DNA of 64,000 bases, from positions 1-64,000 of the IMG/VR virus record IMGVR_UViG_3300046171_000231. One strand, 5' to 3'. This document shows, piece by piece, positions 49,056 to 59,770 of the stretch. Each line of letters begins with the position of its first letter. Position 1 is the stretch's first letter. The translations under genes were made by a program, and so were the position numbers. A model generated the notes under the pieces. That model was given only the letters and a program-made list of their open reading frames with translations, had not been told where the DNA came from and did not search any database.

Positions 49056-49580
49056 TTAATTACTAAAACGTGATAAGTAAACAATGTCTCCTGATAGTAA
49101 TGTTCTACCATTTTTGATTGCAGGAGGAACCCAATGTGTGAAAAGACTTGGAAAAATTACCAATTGACCTTCTTTTATCCAATGTTTTTGATCATTAATA
49201 ATCAAAGGTGCACTTTCTTGTGGTGCATTTACATAATATGCAAAAGATAAAGCATGTGGAAAATGATTATGGGGTTCTATCCAAGAATTTATTGGATATG
49301 TTAAACCCCAATATGCGTCAATCTTAAAATTTTTTGTATTTCCTCTAGGGTTACTATTATACAGTGAATTACTGAAACGTGCAAGTTCAATTGCTGCGTC
49401 AGTTGTAATACTTTCAATCCAGTCAAATAATTTTTTTATCTCTGGAATATGTATATCAATATAATCATTTGTTTTATATGCTTTACCACCTTGAACAGCG
49501 AAGAATTCTTGAGTATTCAACCAAGAAAGGATATTTTCTTTTATATCAAGTGAGAATGGACAATCTAAAATTTCAATCAT
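49056..49580 (-). CDS. putative 2OG-Fe(II) oxygenase
   Basis: PHNH...SFAYYV...IFPS...HWV...R motifs. Confidence 0.8.
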   Translation of the reverse strand: MIEILDCPFSLDIKENILSWLNTQEFFAVQGGKAYKTNDYIDIHIPEIKKLFDWIESITTDAAIELARFSNSLYNSNPRGNTKNFKIDAYWGLTYPINSWIEPHNHFPHALSFAYYVNAPQESAPLIINDQKHWIKEGQLVIFPSLFTHWVPPAIKNGRTLLSGDIVYLSRFSN

Positions 49581-49924
49581 TTAAATCCTTTTGATGTTTG
49601 TTCTTGAATTCTTGCTAATTCATTTTTAGCAACTTCTAGTTGTTCACGAATTAATTTATTTTGTTCCTCATCGTACAAATAAGGTTGTTTGACTAATCTT
49701 TCTAAGCATTTTAACTAATCTTTTTACTCTGCTAATCGGGGTAGCCATCGTCGTCCTCTAATATTTCATCATAATCTTGAGATATAGAAGGAGGTGGAGC
49801 AACATAAGATTCCACATCAGAAAAGACCTCTGCTTTATGTCATCTACCAATAATTCTAAGTTACGAACCATTAGTTTGAGTTTGTCTCTGTCCATAGTTA
49901 TTATTGTTTCAACTATTATAGCAC

Positions 49925-49950
49925 AAAAAAAGGAGGGTAACAACCCCTCC
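49925..49950 (-). terminator. intrinsic terminator adjoining an extended -10 promoter
   Basis: GGAGGG/CCCTCC stem, U7; TGCTATAAT with -10 at 49915-49920. Confidence 0.8.
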
Positions 49951-49958
49951 TTATAATT

Positions 49959-50050
49959 TAGAACTTGTATCCATACAAGAATCTAGCTTCAGCGTAAATG
50001 ATAGTTAGAAATATAGCAGATGCTGCTAAAATTTCTGTTGTTACTAACAT
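49959..50050 (-). CDS. small membrane peptide (MLVTTEILAASAIFLTIIYAEARFLYGYKF)
   Basis: Read manually; TAATG overlap with upstream ORF; 3' end approximate. Confidence 0.55.
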
Positions 50051-50157
50051 TACTTAGCGTGAGCGATGCCACGATATGTGAGTTCGACCTCTTTTGTTTG
50101 CTGAGCTTTTTTGTTGTTGGTGTCGTAAACAACACCACGATAAGTGACTTTTGCCAT
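50050..50157 (-). CDS. DUF4278-like peptide (35 aa, MAKVTYRGVVY...LTYRG)
   Basis: Two TYRG motifs; AGGAG RBS; directly downstream of riboswitch. Confidence 0.8.
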   Translation of the reverse strand: MAKVTYRGVVYDTNNKKAQQTKEVELTYRGIAHAK

Positions 50158-50194
50158 TGGTTTTCTCCTAAAGTAATTGGATGTTTTTAATATC

Positions 50195-50237
50195 CGTTCC
50201 TTCAGTCAACTTGTGCGTCTCCCGTGAGAGATGAACG
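50195..50237 (-). ncRNA. glutamine riboswitch (Downstream-peptide/glnA-type) aptamer, compact copy
   Basis: CGUUCA-UCUC[ucacgg]GAGA-CGCACAAGUUGACUGAAG-GAACG. Confidence 0.8.
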
Positions 50238-50241
50238 AACC

Positions 50242-50471
50242 CGTTCCGAGTCGGCTTACTTGCGTCTTATGTCTCTGATGAATTACAAGCTTCTTCTACT
50301 TTATACTTGAAGTGGTTGATTAAACCCAACTTACTTGCATCATCAAGATATGGATCTTGTTTGATTTCATAAGCGAGTTCCATCCACCTATCACACTTAA
50401 TAGTCCAATGGACTGGTTCGTGACTAGCAATAAGAGTTAAAGCTGATAATAGGATGCCCATAAGATGAACG
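50242..50471 (-). ncRNA. glutamine riboswitch-type aptamer with a whole ORF in its P2 loop
   Basis: CGUUCA-UCUUAUG[187 nt]CAUAAGA-CGCAAGUAAGCCGACUCG-GAACG. Confidence 0.7.
50267..50461 (-). CDS. small protein (64 aa), hydrophobic N-terminus, nested in riboswitch loop
   Basis: ATG in 5' strand and TAA in 3' strand of the P2 helix. Confidence 0.7.
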   Translation of the reverse strand: MGILLSALTLIASHEPVHWTIKCDRWMELAYEIKQDPYLDDASKLGLINHFKYKVEEACNSSET

Positions 50472-50515
50472 TTGTGTTAATAGTAACACATTCACTCTAT
50501 ATATGCAAGTAGTTT

Positions 50516-50531
50516 TGTAATTTACGATACA
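50516..50531. promoter_or_regulatory. NtcA-type site TGTA-N8-TACA upstream of the riboswitches
   Basis: TGTAatttacgaTACA. Confidence 0.5.
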
Positions 50532-50617
50532 TTTTTATATATTCTTTACATTTAACTGATTTTTAACCTGTTTTTAATCTAAATAATTGGTTTTGTTTCG
50601 TGAAAACCCTACAGGAC

Positions 50618-50647
50618 AAAAAAAATGGCGGGATTTTTTCCCGCCAT
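50618..50647 (-). terminator. intrinsic terminator
   Basis: ATGGCGGGA/TCCCGCCAT 9-bp stem followed by a U-run on the minus strand. Confidence 0.85.
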
Positions 50648-50656
50648 ATTTGAAAA

Positions 50657-51025
50657 CTACTTCCGTTTTTTCTTTTTGGGTGCTGCTTCACCACTGTATC
50701 CCCATAAGGATGGTTTAATCATTCCTTGTCCGTAGTCAATACGTTTGAGATTCGTAAACTTATCATAATACATATCAAACAACTTGACTCTAGGACCTCT
50801 AGTTAAATCTTGATGCTCTTTACCATCAACAGTATAGGTTACGATAGACGCATCAGTTGGTGCATCTTTTGTCCGTACATCAGCAGGAGAACCATTTTCA
50901 ACTAATATTTCTGTACCATATGATTCTTTAAGAGATTCTTTTTCAGTTGAAGTCCAATATGTTTCTCTCTTTTCTGGTTTCTCTGATTTTTCAGATTGTG
51001 ATAATTCACCTAGTGGTTTAGTCAT
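50657..51025 (-). CDS. conserved cyanophage hypothetical protein (MTKPLGE...)
   Basis: ATGA overlap at 51022-51025. Confidence 0.75.
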   Translation of the reverse strand: MTKPLGELSQSEKSEKPEKRETYWTSTEKESLKESYGTEILVENGSPADVRTKDAPTDASIVTYTVDGKEHQDLTRGPRVKLFDMYYDKFTNLKRIDYGQGMIKPSLWGYSGEAAPKKKKRK

Positions 51026-51602
51026 GAACGTCCTCCCCAAGTAATTTGTGGATATGCAGCAGATACAATATCCTTTGTAATTTTATATCTATCAGTTAAT
51101 TTTTTATCTTTAACCAAAACAAGTATCTCTGCTTCAAGAGGATGTAATCCTTCAAGAATATTGATGAACATTGTCTCTCTACGGAGTCCAGAAAGTCCAC
51201 TGTTACCCTCCTTTTAAGAAGTTATAGAACTTTGTATACTCTCCACGAATTGATGCCTTCCCTTGGTCTTGAGACCCCAATGATGCTGAACCTGATTCTC
51301 TCATCATACCGACTGCATCATTAATTTTATCAGATAAAGAACCAGTCACACTATTATCTTCTCTTGTATTACCATAAGGAACTTCACCCTCTGGAAGTAA
51401 TGATACTATTGATTCATCAAAATTCCAAATCAATACTGCCATTATAGAATCGTGTGCATATGTTTTTAGAACTTCAATTTTCTTTGCTTTAGTTCTTTGT
51501 TTTGATGCAGCTTCCAATACCTCATAACAAAATGGAATGTTAGGTAACTTTTGGAATTGCTGTTGTTTTTGCTTTTACCACTTTTGGTTTAGTCGTCGTC
51601 AT
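51022..51602 (-). CDS. conserved T4-like hypothetical protein, frameshifted near 51540 and 51210
   Basis: Pieces join ...EVL...FYNFLKGG / RRETMFINILEGLHP.EAEILV..KDK.L. Confidence 0.7.
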
Positions 51603-51810
51603 CTTCGTCGTTGTTGTCATGATTTTCAAATCGGAATGCTACTATTTCGTCAGGAACTATATTACCATTTCTATCATACATCTCTGGATGAATTTTTTCA
51701 ACCTCTTGATAATTCATCATGTAATCCCTTGCAACCCATCCACCTATTACTCCTACGATTAGAAACAATATAAACAGAAATGCTGCGAACACAATGCTTA
51801 CTGCTAACAT
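51589..51810 (-). CDS. small membrane protein (73 aa)
   Basis: N-terminal TM helix, HPEMYD..GN motif. Confidence 0.75.
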   Translation of the reverse strand: MLAVSIVFAAFLFILFLIVGVIGGWVARDYMMNYQEVEKIHPEMYDRNGNIVPDEIVAFRFENHDNNDEDDDD

Positions 51811-51998
51811 AATTCTCCTGAGATTATTTTTTGGTTTTTACATTCACATAAAAGTCTAAGTGAATGTTTATGTCCTTGTTAAAAAAAGAGATCATCTTAT
51901 CTAACAATAGACGAAATGTTTTAGGTCTCTTTGTTTTACCTCCTGAGAGAATCAACTCAAAACCACGATCAATGTGGTCAGTTGATTTATTTATGTCG

Positions 51999-52238
51999 TT
52001 ATTTTGCGATTTCGTTTTCTCGCAAGAATTGGATTGTGTCAGAACAACCTCCTAGTTTTTTACCATCAACCACCACTTGTGGGAAAGTTGATCCTTGACC
52101 AAATTCATCCTCAAATGAATTACGATCAAAGTGTTCATTTAAATTATACACTACATAACTGGTTTTTGTCAAGTCTAAGACTTGTTTTATCTTTTCACAA
52201 TATGGGCAACTCTCTTTTGAATAAACTGCGAAGTTCAT
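51999..52238 (-). CDS. nrdC: glutaredoxin (NrdC-like)
   Basis: CPYC, TFPQV, LGGC motifs. Confidence 0.93.
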   Translation of the reverse strand: MNFAVYSKESCPYCEKIKQVLDLTKTSYVVYNLNEHFDRNSFEDEFGQGSTFPQVVVDGKKLGGCSDTIQFLRENEIAK

Positions 52239-52305
52239 ATGTCTTGTTAAATAATGATTTATAAATTTAATGTTTTCTTATTATATCACACTATTAAATT
52301 TTTAG

Positions 52306-55300
52306 TTATGAACCTTCTAGAGCTTCTATTCTTGTAACTGCCTCTTGTAAAGCTGCGACAAGTAAAGGTACAAGTCTACTTTGATCTATTCCTTGATATT
52401 TTGGATCGCCAGATTTGATGTTCTTATTAGGTTCATCTTCTGAATATACTTCATCTTTTGTTCCTGTAATTGCTTCTGGTACTGCTGTTACTTCATGTGC
52501 TATAAATCCATCACGAGTGCTACTTATATCTCCTATCCAATTAAATCTTGAAGGTTTTAAAGTTTTTAATCTTGCAATACCATCAGATATTGGTACTATA
52601 TTTTCTTTTAATCTATAGTCAGATGATGTGTTATAAGTAACACTGTTAGTTGCAATATCAATGGTTCCACCAGCACCCCAACCTTTTCTAAATTCAACTA
52701 TATCTCCATCAGTACCATTTCTGTTGAGTAGGATTGGATTACCACTAATTCTTGAAACTATAACTTGTGGACCTCCACTTAAAGATGAACCATAGATTGT
52801 TGCACCTGAATTACCAAATAAAGTTCCATAATTACCAATACGTATATCACCACTATCCTCGATTCTCATCGCCTCAGTAAATGAAGTTCCTGAGTTAGGT
52901 TTCACATAAAATCTTGTATTACCAGATCTTCCATCTAACATTATTGAAGAACTATGAAGTGATGATATAGGAGTTGCATCGTTACCATTTGCATCAAATT
53001 TATGATTAACACCTAGAATTGTATATAATCCATTAGAATCATCCCAAGTAGATTGTGTATAAGATGAATCAGAATAATGTCCATCAATACCAAATCTTGG
53101 AACCGCAGACCTCTCTGCTTTAATTGATAGCATTGTCGCTGGTTGACTTTTGTTAATGCCAACTCGACCATTATGATCAATTCTGACTCTTTCTACAGTT
53201 ACGGCTGGATTTGTATCATCAGGACTAGTTAAGAGTCTTATAGATGATCCATGAGGATTTGCACCAACACTTGCAATGTCAAGCATTCTACGATATCTGT
53301 CACCACCTGCTGTTGTTCTTGCAGTATAGTGAGTTAAAAACGCACCTTCACTTTGATATGAAAGAGTAGTATTTGTTTGTTGCGTTCCATTATCTCTTAC
53401 AAATAGATAACCCTCTGATGTGATGCGAAGTCTTTCTGCACCAGAAGTTCCAGAGGTAATATAAACTTCCGTTCCTTCTGCACCTATAGTTGCACGACCA
53501 TATCCACCAGTAGTATTATCTAAAAAGGAAATTGCTGCTTTAGCATCTGATGAACGAGCAACAATAACAGTATTTTGTGTTCCACCATCAACTTCTAAAG
53601 CATATGTTGGAGAGGTGCTATTAATACCAATTTTACCTGCTGATGTGATGCGAAGTCTTTCTGTACCCTGTGTTGCAAATGATACTGGAGTACCAGTTCT
53701 GTAACACCAAAAATCAAATCTTTCATTAGTTGCACCTCCATTAACAAGACCAACTCTTCCTTCAAGACCTGTATTGCTACCATCATTTGCTTCATTACCA
53801 TTCCAAAATGTCATGTATGGCGTTGCAGTAGCATTTGTATTGGTATCCTTGATCATGAACATTCCACGCCAAGGATCGTTGGTTCCTGCTACAGCTAGTC
53901 TCGTACCAGACACTGTATTAATGTTCAACCTAGTAGAGACAGTTGATACACCAGCGACATTTACATTGTCTAAGTTTGTATGACCATCTACATCTAAATC
54001 ATTATTAATACTTACATTACCACTTGAGTTGATGCGAAGTCTTTCACTACCAGCAGTTTCAAATGAAATTGTATCATTACTGGGGAATCTTATTTTTGTA
54101 TTTGCATCATCCCTATGAATTATTGAATCATTGAGTGTTACATCACCATAAACATTGAGTCCTGAATCATATGTGCCTATTTGAAGAACATTATTATGAT
54201 AAAGATTTGCTCCTCCACCATTAGTTCCTCTAAAATATAATTTTGAAAGATCAGCATTACCAATATCAACTCTTGTTGCACCACCAATTTTTAAATCGCC
54301 TGTTCCAGTATCTGTAATATAAGAGTGGCTGCCATTGTGATATATTTTTAGATCTTCTGAATCTCCAACTGATATCCTGTTACTACTACCACCACCATCA
54401 GGAACTCTAATACCTTGTCTTGCAGTTATAATTCCAACAGCAGAAACACCAGCACCAACGTGAATATCTTTTTGTGCTGTTATAATGCCAACTGAATCTA
54501 CGTTAGTTACATCTTCATATGTCAATACACCACCGACTGATAGATTCCCAGTAAATGTTGCAGATGTTCCTACTATATTACCTGAAAAACCACCACTAAA
54601 AGTAGATGCTGTAACAATTCCAGATGCGTTTATATTTCTAGGTGTAATATCTCCAGTGGTAATGTGGTCTGATGCACCTAATACAACGTTACCTGTACGT
54701 CCATAGAAACCACTTACATCCCCTGTTGCTGCTCCAGAGAATCCAAGATGTCTAACTTGTATTCAATCACTAAGGACTTGGAGGTGGTGAACTAAATTCA
54801 ATTACTGTATCTGCAAGGATTCGATATGCTCTGGTTGTATCTTTATCACTTGGGTGTTGTACCACACCATCAAGTGTAACCATAACACTTTGATTATTTG
54901 GTACTTCTCTTGATAATGTAAACTGAGTCGTAGTACCATCACCAGTAAATTGGTCAATTTTTAAATCAGATATATCAAAAGTCTCAATCGTATTTGCAAT
55001 TATGTTTCCCCAGAAAATATCATCTGCAGTTGGTGCGGTTTTGAATTGAATTTTACGACTGTCAACAACTAAAAAACCCTCAGTATATGAGGAGTCTAGA
55101 TTTGCTTTTTGTATTACATTATTGATTGCTATTTGGAGTTGAGCTGAATTAACTATGTCAGCAGAAGATCCTCCACCATGAGTTATCTTGAAAGGTTGTA
55201 TTAACACCGTCAAATGCAGCAGTTAATGTATGTGATGAACCAGAACCTACAGATGATAAATTTATATTTGTATTATTATTTGCGTTTGCTAAACTTGTTG

Positions 55301-55568
55301 CTAACTTAAATGTATTAGCAGTATCAAAAGTTACAAAATATGCTGTTCCACTTGTTAATCCACCAATATTTCCACCACCACCATTTGAATATGTTACTCT
55401 CTGTCCTTGAATAAAACGATGCTCTGGTATTCTGATTGTCTCGTCAGCAGTTGATACAATAGTCGCTGATGATCCATTAAAGGTCGCAGTATAAGATGAG
55501 ATGTCATCTAACACTTTGAAATTGCTGGTATGATCACCTGCTATATGATTTCGACCAATATAAGGCAT
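52306..55568 (-). CDS. long tail fibre with C-terminal peptidase S74 chaperone; frameshifts near 55193 and 54780-54750
   Basis: Pieces 55158-55568, 54770-55213 and 52306-54525+; SDYRLKEN...W...IAHEV...QSRLVPLLVAALQE; ERLRI repeats. Confidence 0.85.
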
Positions 55569-55572
55569 TTAT

Positions 55573-55929
55573 TTACGATGGTTTAGTTGGCCAAGATGGA
55601 TTTCTTGGATCAGTTGTATTTGCTGGTAAATCTCTTAAGGCTTGACGATATGTTTGCCACTCTGTTTTCTTTGAAGTTGATAAAGGACTATCATTTCCTA
55701 GTGTCCAATCACATCTACCTAACCTAACATCTCTTGAAGTTCGTAACTTATCCCAATCAGCACTCGTAATGCTATCATCAGGTTTAGTTAAAACACCATC
55801 AACAAGTGTCCAGTCTCTAGAAACTGAATCATCATCACAATCCATCCAAGTGAAACTTGAATGAACCTCAAAAGAAGCATCATGTATGTCAACTACTTCA
55901 TTATTAAAAATAAGAACTTTTTTTGCCAT
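55573..55929 (-). CDS. tail fibre assembly chaperone
   Basis: LR..RD..L...DWT...DSP.....W..YRQALRDLP....WP..P. Confidence 0.85.
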   Translation of the reverse strand: MAKKVLIFNNEVVDIHDASFEVHSSFTWMDCDDDSVSRDWTLVDGVLTKPDDSITSADWDKLRTSRDVRLGRCDWTLGNDSPLSTSKKTEWQTYRQALRDLPANTTDPRNPSWPTKPS

Positions 55930-58900
55930 TATGCGTATTCCTCCACTACGACTATGCCATTTTTACCACTTGAACCTTGGTTATTAGTGCTGGCATGAGT
56001 TCCAGCACCTCCAGCACCTGGTGCTCCATCGGTGCCTCTGTTTCCCCAAACTGAACCACCATATGGTCCTCCACCCCAGTAACTTGAACCTCCTGTTCCA
56101 CCAGATTCTTCATTAGCTTGTCCATCAATGTTACCAGAGACTCCACCACCACCTCTAAAATTTAAATTACCACCAGATCCTACACCACCATTTCCACCGA
56201 CTGCCCAAGTGCTAGGTCCACTACCACCACTTGCAGAACAATATGAACCAAATGATGAAGTTCCTCCTCCACCCGCACCAGCAGAGTTGTTTCCAGAAGC
56301 ACCTACACCACCAGCTCCAACAGCGACTGTTACAGATGATACACTTGAAACATCAATCAATTCAATTGCAGTACCACCAGCACCACCTCCACCTTGAGCA
56401 TCATCACCGTTGTGAGCACCACCACCAGCACCTCCTCCTGTTACAATAACTCTAACTTTTGTGATTCCAGATGGTTTAGTCCAAGTAAAGTTTCCACTTG
56501 AAGTGAAATATTGAACTGATTGAAGACCGCCTCCAACACCAGTTAGTGCAGAACCATCAATAGCTGGTAATGCACCTGTAAGTCTTCCTGCTATAATTTG
56601 ACCAGAACTATTTACGATTGTATTGCCATCTGTATCAAAACCTCCATCAGCCCTCATTAATAGAGGGGTATAAACTCCACTAGTAAATTCAGAATTATTA
56701 TTTAATCTTAACCATCCGTCATTGTTAGCTGTTGAAAGTGCTGTTCTACTATTAAAAGCTATCCCTCTATTATTATTCGTTGAGTTATGTGAAAAGTTTA
56801 TAATATCTTGTGAACTTGAACTAAAAGTATAATCTCCAGACATTGTATCACTTGCATCAGACCTTACAAAAGAAGTTGAGTCAACACCATCTAAAGTGTC
56901 CGCATCTAGTCCACTGCCAGAACCGTCATTTCCAGCATGCCAAACAGTTCTTTCATTACCACCTTCAGTAAATGTTAATCCATTTGCTCCACTTGCAATT
57001 CTTAAATATTCACCACTTTCTTCATTTACCAATTGTAAATATCCAGAATCCTCCCATTGAATATATGCTTTATCTGTAGTCCCTTCTCTAAATCTTATAT
57101 AAGGATCATTTGAACCTTGTAGAACTATTTTTGCATCAGCACTACCATTAATTGTTAAAGGATAGTTACTTGAAGAAGTAAGAGTTATAACTCCACTTGC
57201 AGTGTCATTAGCATCTGATCTTAAGAAAGAACCAGAATCAAGGGAATCTAATGTTGTTGCATTAACATTAGTAATATTTGCACCATTACCAGAAAATGAT
57301 GTTGCAGTTACAACTCCTGCATTACCAAGATGAATATTACTACCTACACTTATAAAGTCATCAATATCAGCATAAGGTGAAATTACACCACTTCTCGCTG
57401 TTACAACTCCAACTGAATCTATATTAGTTACGTCTTCATATGTTAATGTTCCACCGATTGATACGTTACCAGGAACTGTTAAAGAACCACCGATACTCAC
57501 ACCAGTCGAAGTTGTGGTTAAACGAAGAACATCATCTTGATATAATTCAACCGCACCATCGACAGTCGCTTTGATCATCTCTTCACCATCACTCTTCTGG
57601 ATGATGATACTTCCTGCACTTGCTTGTATTTTTAAATCACCAGCACCATTTTCTGCGATGTATGAATGGTTTGAGTCATGATATATTTGTAAATCTTCCG
57701 AACTTCCGAAACGTGCTCTGTCACCATCTAATAAATTAACGTTACCGTGGAATGTTGAAACACCTGCAACATTTAATTGTTTTGTAAAATGTGTGGTTCC
57801 AGTAACAGTAGAAATACCTGCAACTGTGAAATTACCAGATACAGAACTTAATGCTAGTTATTTCAGTATCAACATAAGTCTTAACTGCTTTCTGTGTTGG
57901 AACTTTTGTATCACTATTCTGAGAAAGAGTTCCATCTGTTGAGAACTCACCAACAGCAGCACCAATCAAACCACCAACAGAACCAAGTCTTAATGATTCA
58001 AGACCTGATAAGTTAAATGCTGATGCATCCAATGTAACGTTACCTGTTGCTTGGTCTACTTTAAATTGGTCTCCAACATAAAAGTTACCTAGTTCATCGG
58101 TAGCAGTATAGTAAACTCGTCCTGGGTCAGTGGAGTTTGTAACAACTTGGTCTGCCTGACTTGGATTTTGTGATGGATTGTTTGGCCAGTTTGTAGTATC
58201 AGTTCCACCTGTTCCAACTTGTAGGAAGTCATGACCTGTCAATCTGACAAGACTAAATTCTTTTCTGACAATAACACCAACGTTAGCAGCAACTGGAGTT
58301 GCTCTTGATGTTGAAAATACTAATACATGATATGCAACACTGTTTGCAGTAACTGAACTGACTGATTGGATTTGAAATGCATTACCATCAGTCGTTGCAA
58401 ATTGAAGAGAGTCACCAGCATCAGGTGATGTGGAGAATGTTGTTACAAGTATTCTTCCAGATTGATTAGTTTCAAATGAACCACCAGCAGCAAGAGTCGC
58501 AGTTGCACCTGATGAACCACCAGTTACAGTTTCAGTTGCTTGGAATGTACCAGACTTTTGAACAATATATAATACCTTTGGTTCTGACTGAACGTTTATA
58601 ACATAAGCAGTCGCACCAGATGTTCCACCTGTAATCTGTTCACCATTCGTAAATGAGGTTGTAAGAACATTAGTATAGGTAAGCATTGTACCTTTAATAG
58701 TTCCTGTATTTGCAGTTTCACCTGCATCAAATCCTGCAGAGTACACAGCATATTCACCATATGCGTTACTTGAGTTTAGTGAACGTATCTTGGAACCACC
58801 TATACATGCAAAACCAACTGTACAATAATAAGTAAACGATGAAATCATTTCAGCGTTAGCATTACCTTTTAGAAATACTCCTAATCCATCACTGTGAACA

Positions 58901-59745
58901 GCAGTGTATGTATGGAATAACATACTACGATTACCAGATGCGTGAAGTGCACCATCAAGGAGTGCACCTGTTGCTCCATTTCCAAATGATGTACAGTTGT
59001 AAATGTATGGTGATTTTCCAAGTATTGGGCTAACAGCACTAAAACCAAGATATACTCCACCAATTGTTGCACTCTCAGGTTTATAAGCAGGACTTCCTGG
59101 TGTATAACCACCCATTCCATCCATCACAAGATCCTGCAATACACTTGCATTACTCATTTTGAATAGAGTTGAACGATTATTTTGTATCGAACCACCTGAA
59201 TCTAATCCAGATGCTGGTTTAACTATTGTTGCTCTTAAACTATCACCTGCAACAGTTGTATGTGCAGGAACTACAATCGGCAATTGTGCTTCTTCATATA
59301 CACCTGCTTTTACAAATATAATCGCAGGTGCTGTTGCTGATGGTGTGCCAATATTAGCAACTGCATATTTGATGGATCTAAATGGTCTGTCTATTGCAGA
59401 ACCAAAACCACTTGCATCAGTTCCACTTGTAGAAACATAATATACATTTGCTATTGAACCAGTATCACCATATACTAAATCAGAACCATTTGATTTTAAT
59501 ACCTTTCCAGACGCACCTAAACTTAATTTTTGTATTGTTCCACTTGCATTATAAAATAATATATCTCCTCTTGTACCTGTATTTAAATTCGTACCACCTT
59601 GTAAATTTAATTGTGCTCCAGTTGATAATGTAGTAATACCTGTCAAGTTTAAACCACTTCCAGTCAAATCTAGAGTATCAGTTGCTGCTAACTCTTGGAT
59701 TTGATTGGAATTGCTATTCAGTATTAACGGAAATCTATTCGCCAT
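55929..59745 (-). CDS. long tail fibre with glycine-rich tip; frameshift near 57850
   Basis: 57832-59745 continues in the frame leading to 55929-57578; MANRFPLI N-terminus; polyglycine C-terminus. Confidence 0.8.
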
Positions 59746-59770
59746 TATATCGTTAAAGCTTTCTTTTTAT

